Shown here: positions 55,362 to 64,000 of the stretch, in pieces | Position numbering within the stretch: position 1 is the stretch's first letter | Layout of the letters: each line of letters starts with the position of its first letter | Assembly: GCA_027491435.1 (NCBI GenBank) | Contig: JAOZFG010000004.1 | Coordinates: forward strand, 192,001 to 256,000 | Direction of reading: 5' to 3' | DNA length: 64,000 bases | DNA from: Thermoproteota archaeon | GTDB taxonomy: Archaea; Korarchaeota; Korarchaeia; Korarchaeales; Korarchaeaceae | The notes under the pieces: generated by a model | Told to the model about the DNA's origin: nothing | What the model saw: only the letters and a program-made list of their open reading frames with translations | The model's database searches: none | Program-made: the position numbers and the translations under genes

Positions 55362-58289
55362 GGAGGTGCTCTTCCTCTTACTCACTATCTCGTCGAAGTC
55401 CACGTCGAGGGCGTCCAAGATCTGCTCGAAGGTGCTCCTCATAATCTCCACATATTTGTCTACGTCTATGTCGCTCTTCTTAGCCATCTCCACAGGATAC
55501 ACCCCCTCTCCTCCCCTAACCTTCACGTAACTTATTACCTGACCGGGGACCACCACCACACCACGGGCCCTCAACATCCTAGCCACCTTAACGTGTTGGG
55601 GCGTGGTCTTTACGTAGCTGTCCAAATCCTTGGTTAACATTGTCCTGAAGGCTAAATCCTCGACTTTAAAGTCACCCGATTTGAGCCTCTCCACGTAATC
55701 CCTTATTATCTGGGATATCTTCTCCTTGGCCCTCTCGAAGTCTTCGGGGGTCTCAACCTCTTTTAGGACGTTCAAGACCTCCTGAAAAGCCTGCTTTACG
55801 AAGTCAGGTATGTTCCTCTTCTTTCCAAGAAGCCCCTTGACCACAACGGCCCCATCTTTAGTGACTCCCAGGTAGTTCTTCTTGAGGCTGGAGAAGACCA
55901 CGTACCTGAACCAGTTGTCCAACTCCAAGTCAATGCCCAGTAGGCTTTCCACCCTCTCCTCAAGCCTCCTTATCTGCTCTTCAGTGGCGTCCTTTATGAA
56001 CAGAGAGTCCGTATTGTGAAGCAGAATCCCGTTTCCGAAGAACGTGTGGGTGCCTTCCACCTCCAGATCGTAGACGTACTCAGGCGTGTCAACCCTTGAG
56101 ACTTGAAGGGGCCTCACCTTCTGGACTTTGTAAGCTAAGAGGCCGCTATCTTCTACGGGGACAAGCCTCACCAGGTAGCCTCTAAGAGCTTTGGGTTTTG
56201 CTGGCCTTAGGGAGCCGTCTAGCACCATTAAAGAGTGGTCCTCGGTTACGTCCACGTGCCCTCCAGGAAACTCCACCCTGTACATCTCCTTGTCGGTCCT
56301 GTGCCTCATCACGTATCTCACCCTCTTAAAGGCCGGCTCGCCGGAATCAAGCGATAGAACGTAGAGGTCTTCTGGGAAGTAGTACTCCTTGCCGCCCGAG
56401 ACTAGATGGACCTCCTTGAAGAGGTCCTCTATCCTAACCTGACCGTCCCTTGTGATGACCAAGGTGTCAGGGGATACGCTGTCCCCATATATGACCTTTA
56501 ACCCCATCTCCTCAGCCATCTTAACTGAAAGGGTTATTGCCTTCCTTCCTAAAGCCGTTATCATCTCAGCCACTGGGGGCGAGTAAAGCGGGAAGTTTTC
56601 GTAACCGAAGACGCCGTAAGAGGCGTTCAGAAACACCTTAAGGCTACTCTGGACGGTGTCATACCACTCCTTAAGCTCCCCTTGGCTTGTCTTAGCGAGC
56701 CTCTTGTACCTCTTAACCCTCACGTCCCTCAGGGCCCTTATGATCTTCGGTATTATGCCAAGGTCCTTAGTACAGATCCAATGCGGAAGCTCTTCCACTG
56801 GCCTGTTTTCCCTACACTCCTTGTGGGGGCAATTAATGGTCTCGAAGCTCACACCCCACCTCCCTATTATCGAGGGGTACAGGCTAGCGAAGTCCATGAC
56901 AGCAACCCTGAAGTGCACCCCAGGCACGGGGTTCAGCACTATCGCTCCCATGTACTTCTTGCCCTTTATTAGGGCCTTTGAGTAAGTCCTCTCCCCTCTA
57001 ACCTTCATAATCTCCTCCTTCTCGGGGATTAGCCAGTTCCTCCTCCTGTACTCGAAGAATATCATGTTCTTTATCCACTGAGACACTCCCTGCCTGGAGA
57101 CCTCCTCCAGGGACATCTTGCTTATCCTGGCGAGCAGGAAGAGGAGTCTGATTATCTCTCCAGAGTTTATGTTTCCGAGCTTATGAGTGAGGACGGCGTC
57201 TTGGAGGCAGTACTTGGCCAAGGTCACGCTATCCACTTTGGAGAAGTCGTAAGTGCTTATCTCAACTTTCCTCTCCCCCAACAAGGCTTCCGATATCTCG
57301 TCCAGCGTGTATCCCAGGTACCTGTTTTTGAAGACGTACCCCTGAATGGACCTGTTGTTGAAGAACTTGTACAGGTCTACGTGTATTCCCGTATCCAGTA
57401 GAGCCCTATCCCTCTCAAGCCTTATGGGCTTGGGGCTAACCCCGAGCTCCTTGGCCCTCCTGGCCAGATACGGGAAGTCGAAGTTATCCCCGTTATAAGT
57501 GAACACCAATGGGTAGGAGGAGATCAGATCTAAGGCGTCCCTGAGCATCTTCCCTTCAGACTCATAAACCCTCACCTTCGCCCCGTTAAGTTCTTCAGGG
57601 GGCTCCTTACCCCTGCTTAACATGAAAACTTCCCTTCTGCCATCACTTCCTACAAAAGCTATGGCCAACACGGGCTTAACTGGGTTAGAGGGGTCAGGAA
57701 CCTTTCCCTCGGTGGTCAGGACCTCTATGTCCACCGCCAAGTTCCTCAGGTTTGGCGATGGCTGGTCGAAGAGCGGCATCAAGCCCTCAAGTATCCTAAC
57801 GGTCTCTTGGTCTAGATCCCTGAACTCCTCCCCAATTTCCCCCCTCTCATGTATCCTCTTTACCTCATCACCCACTTCATAGTAACAGCCGGGTACGAGC
57901 TGTCTGTCGTAGACGTAACAATCGTAGTACTTTATCTTGGCCTCCCACACCCTGTATCCCTTCTTGGAGAGCTCCTCCCTTATGTTCTTCCCAGAGCCGC
58001 CTATTGCTAAGGGGTCCTTGGCCTCAAGTTTGGTGAGCTCAACCCATCTATCCCTCAACACGTCGTACTTCTTCACCCTGTAGGCCCCCTCAACCCTAGC
58101 CTGCAGGTTTCCTGGTAAAAGCTCTTCAATCTTGTCGTGGGGAGCGTCTGTCAGCAGGTAGGGCCTATGACCAGTATTGTCCTTTATCAGGAAGACCTCG
58201 TCCCTCTCAGGATCGTAAAACTTCATGACCGCGGACCTATCATCTCCAGAGTAGAACACCGACAGGAGCACACCTTTCCTAACGCCCAT
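55344..58289 (-). CDS. polB1: Family B DNA polymerase (PolB1 type) containing an intein
   Basis: Exo DIEV and YNGDNFDFPYL; DFASLYPS; K...NA.YG; YGD|intein|TDS; C-terminal PIP-like SLTDFF. Confidence 0.95.
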   Translation of the reverse strand: MGVRKGVLLSVFYSGDDRSAVMKFYDPERDEVFLIKDNTGHRPYLLTDAPHDKIEELLPGNLQARVEGAYRVKKYDVLRDRWVELTKLEAKDPLAIGGSGKNIREELSKKGYRVWEAKIKYYDCYVYDRQLVPGCYYEVGDEVKRIHERGEIGEEFRDLDQETVRILEGLMPLFDQPSPNLRNLAVDIEVLTTEGKVPDPSNPVKPVLAIAFVGSDGRREVFMLSRGKEPPEELNGAKVRVYESEGKMLRDALDLISSYPLVFTYNGDNFDFPYLARRAKELGVSPKPIRLERDRALLDTGIHVDLYKFFNNRSIQGYVFKNRYLGYTLDEISEALLGERKVEISTYDFSKVDSVTLAKYCLQDAVLTHKLGNINSGEIIRLLFLLARISKMSLEEVSRQGVSQWIKNMIFFEYRRRNWLIPEKEEIMKVRGERTYSKALIKGKKYMGAIVLNPVPGVHFRVAVMDFASLYPSIIGRWGVSFETINCPHKECRENRPVEELPHWICTKDLGIIPKIIRALRDVRVKRYKRLAKTSQGELKEWYDTVQSSLKVFLNASYGVFGYENFPLYSPPVAEMITALGRKAITLSVKMAEEMGLKVIYGDSVSPDTLVITRDGQVRIEDLFKEVHLVSGGKEYYFPEDLYVLSLDSGEPAFKRVRYVMRHRTDKEMYRVEFPGGHVDVTEDHSLMVLDGSLRPAKPKALRGYLVRLVPVEDSGLLAYKVQKVRPLQVSRVDTPEYVYDLEVEGTHTFFGNGILLHNTDSLFIKDATEEQIRRLEERVESLLGIDLELDNWFRYVVFSSLKKNYLGVTKDGAVVVKGLLGKKRNIPDFVKQAFQEVLNVLKEVETPEDFERAKEKISQIIRDYVERLKSGDFKVEDLAFRTMLTKDLDSYVKTTPQHVKVARMLRARGVVVVPGQVISYVKVRGGEGVYPVEMAKKSDIDVDKYVEIMRSTFEQILDALDVDFDEIVSKRKSTSLTDFF
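56013..56480 (-). mobile_element. 156-aa mini-intein in polymerase motif C (YGD^TDS), no homing endonuclease
   Basis: Block A SVSPDT, block B VTEDHS, block F VYDLEV..TH.F, terminal HN followed by Thr+1. Confidence 0.93.
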
Positions 58290-58431
58290 TTCCCTCCTAC
58301 TAGGAGAGAGCACACTAAAAATGTGCCGTCTTAAAGTCGACCGGGAGATTACGACCTTATGGATAAGCTAATTCGCCGAGCCCTTGCAATGCTTAAATAA
58401 AGGGGCGGGGTCTGGTGAAGGGGTGCTCCTG

Positions 58432-59394
58432 TTGAAAAGGGCGCTAACGTTTGCGTTGCTACTGCTCATTGTCCCGCTGATCCGACTGGATGCTCAACCG
58501 AGGGGCCCTAGGATTAGCGTTGTAATCGACGAGAGCCTCAGGGCTCACGTGAAGGCCGAGCTGATAAGGGTAATCCATCACTCCGAGTCCATATACTTGA
58601 GCAACAAGCTTAAGATACCCCTGATGCCCTGGCTCCACTACAAGGGCAACGTGACGGCGAAGAACGAGGGAGGGAGGTTAACGGGCACATACCAGGTGCT
58701 GGTGATACCCAGGCCGGGACAGGCCAAGGTGAGAGCTCTTTTCTTCCCCAACATCAGGGCTAGAGGACTTCTGACTAACGTGACCGTCTACGGCATGATG
58801 AAGTTCTTGTACGGCTCCTCCCTGACATACTACGGGCTGAACTGGTACTTCGTCAACGTGACTTACCAGGTATCGCCCAACATAAATTACACGGGAATAG
58901 CCGGCGTTGTAACTTTGTCGGACCCTGACAGCTACATAGATACCCTGAACGTCTCATTTGACTCCTTCAACGAACCTGACGAGAACACCTTGGTCATCAG
59001 GTACACGATAGACGCTGTAAGCGTTCCACTTAAACTTCAGGAGGCTGAGGAAGGCTACTTAACGCTAGACCTGAGCCCCGTTCTAAAGATAATCCCAGAT
59101 GACGTTGCTGGAGTCCTTCAGGTGAACTTCACAGATCCGTCCATAGAGGTGTTAGGCGGAGTTCCAGCGCCTAAACTGACCCTGTGGAACTCGGCAACGT
59201 GGGAGTACGTCCCTCAGCTACAGGATACCGGAAAGGGTGTGGTCGTGATAGTGAAGAAACCCGGCGCCGTGATAAACCCCTCATACCTGCTGTCCTTCAT
59301 CCTGCCCGTGGTAGTGGGCACCTACCTTTACTGGAGGCGCGAGTACGAGGCCAAATCAAAGGGAGTTAAGGAGAAGGGCCAGAGCAAGGGTTAG
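58432..59394 (+). CDS. Cell-surface glycoprotein-like hypothetical protein
   Basis: Signal peptide, beta-rich body with 6 N-x-T/S sequons, C-terminal TM plus basic tail. Confidence 0.7.
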   Translation: MKRALTFALLLLIVPLIRLDAQPRGPRISVVIDESLRAHVKAELIRVIHHSESIYLSNKLKIPLMPWLHYKGNVTAKNEGGRLTGTYQVLVIPRPGQAKVRALFFPNIRARGLLTNVTVYGMMKFLYGSSLTYYGLNWYFVNVTYQVSPNINYTGIAGVVTLSDPDSYIDTLNVSFDSFNEPDENTLVIRYTIDAVSVPLKLQEAEEGYLTLDLSPVLKIIPDDVAGVLQVNFTDPSIEVLGGVPAPKLTLWNSATWEYVPQLQDTGKGVVVIVKKPGAVINPSYLLSFILPVVVGTYLYWRREYEAKSKGVKEKGQSKG

Positions 59395-60057
59395 ACTCTC
59401 TCCGTAACCTCTTCCCGGGGCAACGAAGTCCGCTCTCCTTTTTACCTCTTCTGGGGACTGGGGTAAAGTTATAGAGGTTCCAGCCACTTCGAACATGTCC
59501 ACGTCGTTGTAGGAGTCGCCTATCGCCACAACCTTGGAGCAAGGAGTTCCGGTCATTAGACACAACTGCTTCAGCCCGGAACCCTTGTTCACACCCTTGG
59601 GCATGATGTGCAGGGCGTAACCGCTGTACCTGATCACGGCTTCAGGGAACTCCCCCTGTAGCTCCTCTTGTACCCTTAAAAGAATTCTTTCATCGCCTCT
59701 CAAGGCCAGATCAGCTGCCCTGAGGTAGGAATCCTCAGAAATTAGCCCCTCATACCCCCTCTCCCTCAAGTAGCTTAACAAGCGTTTCCTCAGCTCGCCC
59801 CCATCCACCTTCCTTACCTCATCACCGACAATTACCACGCAACCGTTCTCCGCAATTATAAGCCTCTCTTTGGACGGCCTGACGTACCTGAATATGGATA
59901 TAGCTATAGGGTAGGCGTTCCCGGTAACTAACGCCACCTTCACCTTTTTCCCCAGCTCCCTCAACGCCTTGACTGCAGTGAGATCCAGGCTCAAATCCGG
60001 ACCTGTAATGGTACCGTCAACATCAACTGCGATTAGCTCAAAGTCCCGGACCATCAT
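59356..60057 (-). CDS. HAD-superfamily phosphoglycolate phosphatase (SPP-like)
   Basis: DVDGT, TGN, AENG, VNKG and GDSYND motifs. Confidence 0.9.
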   Translation of the reverse strand: MMVRDFELIAVDVDGTITGPDLSLDLTAVKALRELGKKVKVALVTGNAYPIAISIFRYVRPSKERLIIAENGCVVIVGDEVRKVDGGELRKRLLSYLRERGYEGLISEDSYLRAADLALRGDERILLRVQEELQGEFPEAVIRYSGYALHIMPKGVNKGSGLKQLCLMTGTPCSKVVAIGDSYNDVDMFEVAGTSITLPQSPEEVKRRADFVAPGRGYGESLTLALALLLNSL

Positions 60058-60101
60058 TCTTTATAAACGCCCTCCCTTCCATCCATGTGAGGGGATAAGG
60101 C

Positions 60102-60578
60102 TTGCCTTCATGGGGATACTCCTATAAAACCTTAAATGAGAGACAGGCTAAAGCCTCTGGAAGAGACCTGAGAGTCTCTTTCAAGGAGATGGTGGAGCTC
60201 CTCAGGGAGATTAGGGGAAAGAAGCTTGAGGATGCCTACAAACTTCTAGACGACGTGATAGCCCTGAAGAGGGCCATACCCTTCAAGAGGTACAAGAAGG
60301 GAGTAGGGCATAGGAGGGAGCTCACCGGCTGGAAGCCCGGGAGATACCCAGTAAAGGCCGCAAAGTTGGTCAAGAAAGTGCTAAAGAACGCTGAACATAA
60401 CGCTATGGAGAAGGGGCTTGAGGCGGACAACCTATATATAGTACACGCCGCCGCTCAGCAAGGAAGGAAGTTGAGGAGGATATTCTACAGGGCCTACGGT
60501 AGGGCCACCCCCAGAATAGAGCAGCTGGTCCACGTGGAGATTGTGGTGGAGGAGCGGACTGAGGAGGGTGAGGAGTGA
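60102..60578 (+). CDS. rpl22: 50S ribosomal protein L22
   Basis: L.VSFK, GRYP.KAA, NA..NA..KGL and RA.GRA motifs. Confidence 0.96.
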   Translation: MPSWGYSYKTLNERQAKASGRDLRVSFKEMVELLREIRGKKLEDAYKLLDDVIALKRAIPFKRYKKGVGHRRELTGWKPGRYPVKAAKLVKKVLKNAEHNAMEKGLEADNLYIVHAAAQQGRKLRRIFYRAYGRATPRIEQLVHVEIVVEERTEEGEE

Positions 60579-61351
60579 TGACCTTCTACAAGAAGTTCGT
60601 TCAGGACGGCCTGGTTAAGTACGCCCTTCATGAGCTAATGGAGAGGCACCTGGAGAGAGCGGGCTTTCACAAAGTGGAACTGTCCAGCACGGCTGTCAGG
60701 GACGTGATAACGATATACGTGGAGAAGCCTGGCATAGTAATAGGGAGAGGAGGTAGGGCGTCGAAGAAGCTCGGAGAGATCGTGAAAGAGAAGATAGGGA
60801 TACAGAACCCTTACATACAGGCGAAGAAGGTCGAGGAACCCTTCCTAAGCGCTAAGATAGTCGCCTCCTATATAGCCAGGAGGATAGCCAAGGGAGAGAG
60901 GCACAAGAGGGTGGCCTTCGCCGCCCTGAGGAGGGTCATGGCTGCCGGCGCTAAGGGAGTTGAGATAAGGCTTTCAGGGAAGTTCGGAAGCCAGAGGGCT
61001 AGGGAGGAGAGGTTCAGGGCCGGTGTGATATACAGGTGTGGGCAGGATCAGATAGAGAAGACCGAATACGCTGTGAAACACGTGATCATGCCCCAAGGCG
61101 TGATAGGAGTTAGGGTCAGGATCATAAGGCCTGACGTGACAAGCCCTGATAAGCTCGTACTCAAAGAGGATAAGGTGGAGGAGTTGCTAGAAAAGATGAG
61201 GGCCGAGTCCTCCTCTGAGGTCGTGGAGGTTGAGATACCGGAGGAGCTTAAGGAGGAGGTGGAGGCCGTTAAGTCCGAGGGCGGAGGTTCAGAGGAGAGT
61301 GGAGAGGAGAAAGGTGAGGAGGTGAGCGGAGATGCCGTCGAAGGAAGCTGA
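60575..61351 (+). CDS. rps3: 30S ribosomal protein S3 with acidic C-terminal tail
   Basis: KH motif PG.VIGRGG, GAKGVEI..SGK and GVIGV.V.I. Confidence 0.96.
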   Translation: MMTFYKKFVQDGLVKYALHELMERHLERAGFHKVELSSTAVRDVITIYVEKPGIVIGRGGRASKKLGEIVKEKIGIQNPYIQAKKVEEPFLSAKIVASYIARRIAKGERHKRVAFAALRRVMAAGAKGVEIRLSGKFGSQRAREERFRAGVIYRCGQDQIEKTEYAVKHVIMPQGVIGVRVRIIRPDVTSPDKLVLKEDKVEELLEKMRAESSSEVVEVEIPEELKEEVEAVKSEGGGSEESGEEKGEEVSGDAVEGS

Positions 61352-61535
61352 GGAGCTGAGGGGTTTATCCATAGAGGAGCTCCTGGAGAAGCTTAGGGAG
61401 GTTAAAAGGGAACAGTTCCTCGAGGAAATGAAGTTCAAGGTAGGGGCAGCTGAGAAGCCTCACCTAAGGAGGGCTCTAAGGAGGAGAAGGGCCAGGATTC
61501 TGACCATACTCAGGGAGAGGGGAGTTAAGCTATAA
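61332..61535 (+). CDS. rpl29: 50S ribosomal protein L29
   Basis: ELR..S.EEL..KL...RR..ARILT. Confidence 0.93.
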   Translation: MPSKEAEELRGLSIEELLEKLREVKREQFLEEMKFKVGAAEKPHLRRALRRRRARILTILRERGVKL

Positions 61536-61795
61536 GGCGACCGACGGACCTGCTCTACCACGAGCTAATAGGCTATAGGGTGAAGGTCGTGAGATCCCCT
61601 AACTTCCATGAGCTGGGTATGGAGGGCCTGATCCTTTATGAGACTAGGAATACCTTTATAATCAGGACTGATCGGGGTGACAAGGTAATACCTAAGGCCG
61701 GGAGGATCTTCGTGATAGACGTAGGCGGGGTTAAATACACCCTGCTGGGAGATCGCCTGGTAGGTAGGCCTGAGGAAAGGGTGAAGAGAGCATGA
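61532..61795 (+). CDS. rnp1: RNase P protein subunit Rpp29; proposed ATA start
   Basis: LLYHELIG..VKV, G.EG.I..ETRNT, IPK and G..L.GRPEER motifs; conserved position between L29 and S17. Confidence 0.88.
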   Translation: MRRPTDLLYHELIGYRVKVVRSPNFHELGMEGLILYETRNTFIIRTDRGDKVIPKAGRIFVIDVGGVKYTLLGDRLVGRPEERVKRA

Positions 61796-62136
61796 GCTTA
61801 CTGAGAAAGCTCCCTGAGAGCTTAATATATGATGTAATCCCCCCGGATAAGGAATGTGATGACGATAAGTGCCCATGGCATGGGAACATATCGCTCAGGA
61901 CCAGGACGATAGTGGGTAAGGTGGTCTCCACTAAGATGACCAGAACCGTCACCGTGCTGGTTGAGTACCTTCACTACATCCCCAAGTATAAGAGGTATGA
62001 GAGAAAGAGGAGCAAGATACACGCCCACCTTCCCCCGTGTATAGAGGTCAAGGAGGGCGATGTGGTAAAAATAGTGGAGACGAGGAGGCTGGCCAAGACA
62101 GTAAGTCACGTGGTCTTAGGGAAGGTCAAGAAGTAG
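61792..62136 (+). CDS. rps17: 30S ribosomal protein S17
   Basis: C.D.KCPWHG, G.VVS.KM..TV and KYKRYE...SKIHAH.PPC motifs. Confidence 0.96.
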   Translation: MSLLRKLPESLIYDVIPPDKECDDDKCPWHGNISLRTRTIVGKVVSTKMTRTVTVLVEYLHYIPKYKRYERKRSKIHAHLPPCIEVKEGDVVKIVETRRLAKTVSHVVLGKVKK

Positions 62137-63229
62137 GAGGAGCAGGAACCTTCCTCCTCCACCCATACTTGTCCTCATCGTAGAAGGGCATCTTGTGAAC
62201 CCTAACCTTTATTTCCTTGACTCCCTTGACCAGAAGTTCGGTTCCCTCCTCTGAATACTTCTTAATTACGTATCCCATGGCAATGCCCCTCCTCACCGTA
62301 GGACTATAGTTCCCGCTGGTGATGAACCCCACTTCCTCCCCCTTTAGGTTGGTTATCACGTTACCCGGCCTTGGGGCGCTTCTTCCCTCGCTTAGGAGGC
62401 CCACTCTAACTTTCTCAACCTCCCTGTTGATTAGGGCTTCTTTACCGAAGAATTCCTTGCTCATATCCACTGCGAAGTCCAGCCTGGCCTCGAACGGGTT
62501 TGTCTCCTCGTTTATGTCGTTACCGTAGAGTACGAGGCCTGCTTCCAGCCTAAGTATGTCCCTAGCCACTAGCCCGCAGGGCCTAACCCCTTGACTCACT
62601 AGGGATCTGACGAACTCCTCTGCCAGTTCCACGTCCCCGAATATCAACTCGTATCCGTCCTCCCCCGTATAACCGGTCCTGCTAATCAGAACCTTCTTCC
62701 CGCGATGCTCGACCTCCCTAACCCGAAACTTCTTCACCTTTACATCAAAACCCAGAATTTGGTGGACCTTCTGCCTGGCCCTGGGGCCCTGGATTGCTAC
62801 CATGATCGTCTCCTCGGTTACGTCCTCAACTTTAACTTCGAAGTCTGAATTTCCCAACAGATGGCCGAACCAGTTCAATATCTTCTCCCTGTTGGCAGCG
62901 TTGACTACGAACAGCAAGGGGTCAACCAAGAAGGCAACGTTGTCGTCCTTTATCCCCCCTAACTCGTTGAGGGTTAGCGTGTACCTAGTCCTGCCACCTT
63001 CAACCATTAAGTTAGAGGTGGTAGCCCAATTCAGAAATTTGAGGGCGTCTCGACCCCTCAGCACGAACCTGGCCATGTGGGACACGTCGAAGAAGCCAGC
63101 ATCCTCCCTAACGGCCATCGCCTCCTTTATGGAATTAGTGTACTTCATAGGGGTTCTCCACCCCGCAAACTCGAAGAAATGGGCCCCCAACTCTTCGTGT
63201 AAAGGCTCTAAAGGCAACGTTTTTATCAT
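62126..63229 (-). CDS. gcvT: Glycine cleavage system aminomethyltransferase T
   Basis: FAGW..P, FDVSHM, VVNAAN, QGP, SRTGYTGEDGYE and ARD.LRLEAG motifs. Confidence 0.93.
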   Translation of the reverse strand: MIKTLPLEPLHEELGAHFFEFAGWRTPMKYTNSIKEAMAVREDAGFFDVSHMARFVLRGRDALKFLNWATTSNLMVEGGRTRYTLTLNELGGIKDDNVAFLVDPLLFVVNAANREKILNWFGHLLGNSDFEVKVEDVTEETIMVAIQGPRARQKVHQILGFDVKVKKFRVREVEHRGKKVLISRTGYTGEDGYELIFGDVELAEEFVRSLVSQGVRPCGLVARDILRLEAGLVLYGNDINEETNPFEARLDFAVDMSKEFFGKEALINREVEKVRVGLLSEGRSAPRPGNVITNLKGEEVGFITSGNYSPTVRRGIAMGYVIKKYSEEGTELLVKGVKEIKVRVHKMPFYDEDKYGWRRKVPAPPTS

Positions 63230-63308
63230 TAGAAACCCCCTTCCATACATTAGGGGTAAAGGTTATTACGATTCTCACCGGTTGGTCCTGGAAGTTGCGG
63301 GTGTTACG

Positions 63309-64000
63309 ATGGAAGAACTGGTTGGGAAGTTAGAAGGAATTCTCGGGGAAGGGGAAGTTCTGACTGATGAGATAAGCCTAGCTTCCTACTCATACGACGC
63401 CTCAGGCTACATATATAGACCAGAAGTAGTCATCAGGCCAGGAAATATTGACGAACTCACCGAAGTCGTGAAGGTTCTGATGGATTACAGAGTCCCCATA
63501 ACCCCAAGGGGGGCCGGCACCTCCCTGGTTGGAGGGCCCCTGCCAGTTAACGGAGGCGCGGTTATAGACCTACAGATGTTAAACGAAGTCTTGGAAGTTG
63601 ATGAGGATCAGGGGATAGTGCAGGTAGAAGCCGGGGTCAAAGTAGCTGAGCTCAATGAGCTTATAGACGGTAGGTTCATGCCAATAAACCCGGATGGAAC
63701 GGGTTCGTCCACTATAGGGGGCCTAGCGGCTGAGGACGCGGCCTCCCCACTGTCCTCGGTTTACGGAACCGTTAAAGACCTGATCTTGGGGATGGAGGTC
63801 CTCCTGCCCAACGGAGACCTAGTCTCCCTGGACGGGCCGGTCAATCGGAGCAGGAGGAACTTGATTGACCTGCTCATTGGCTCTGAGGGGACCTTGGGAA
63901 TAGTGACTTCCGTTACCCTCAAGCTCCCCACCGAACCCGAGGAGAGGATGGCTTACGAGATAACCTTCAACGACCTAATGGACGCCATGTCCCTGGCAGA
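63309..64000 (+). CDS. FAD-binding oxidoreductase (GlcD-like), truncated by the window end
   Basis: Translated by hand: Y..DAS, PRGAGTSL.GG, STIGG, YG...D.ILG.EV.LPNG and GSEGTLGIVT; no stop before 64000. Confidence 0.88.
   Translation, partial: MEELVGKLEGILGEGEVLTDEISLASYSYDASGYIYRPEVVIRPGNIDELTEVVKVLMDYRVPITPRGAGTSLVGGPLPVNGGAVIDLQMLNEVLEVDEDQGIVQVEAGVKVAELNELIDGRFMPINPDGTGSSTIGGLAAEDAASPLSSVYGTVKDLILGMEVLLPNGDLVSLDGPVNRSRRNLIDLLIGSEGTLGIVTSVTLKLPTEPEERMAYEITFNDLMDAMSLA

Noticed and set aside
720-62528. Numerous 60-150 aa antisense or alternate-frame ORFs in the track
   Set aside because: They lie within well-supported genes and show the Ser/Leu/Pro-rich composition of shadow ORFs.

Overview
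Gene-dense archaeal core-genome window of about 70 CDS plus tRNA-Arg(TCG). The codon usage is thermophile-like and GGTGA/GGAGG Shine-Dalgarno (SD) motifs are common. An archaeal histone, ribosomal protein S25e, a crenarchaeal-type SSB, PolB1 and GatDE point to a TACK lineage; Korarchaeota-like is an inference. Content includes lipid synthesis (Tes + GGR; HMG-CoA synthase/thiolase/DUF35), a branched-chain amino-acid ABC system, a divergent acyl-CoA dehydrogenase/two-ETF/FixCX/thiolase cluster, amino-acid metabolism, PolB1 with a 156-aa mini-intein, and a fragment of the S10 ribosomal cluster. No CRISPR array, IS element or provirus was seen. Most notable observations: (i) two tRNA-maturation genes (MtaB, Rpp29) appear to need ATA start codons overlapping the upstream TAA; (ii) an arginine-synthetase (ArcE)-like enzyme is translationally coupled to a creatininase-family hydrolase, a possible ATP-yielding guanidino-compound pathway; (iii) the mevalonate-operon thiolase lacks its nucleophilic Cys; (iv) a UppP-DedA fusion has its stop codon inside a tRNA; (v) an MFS-DUF47 fusion; (vi) several apparent pseudoenzymes. 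All family calls come from motif recognition by eye; no database searches were run.
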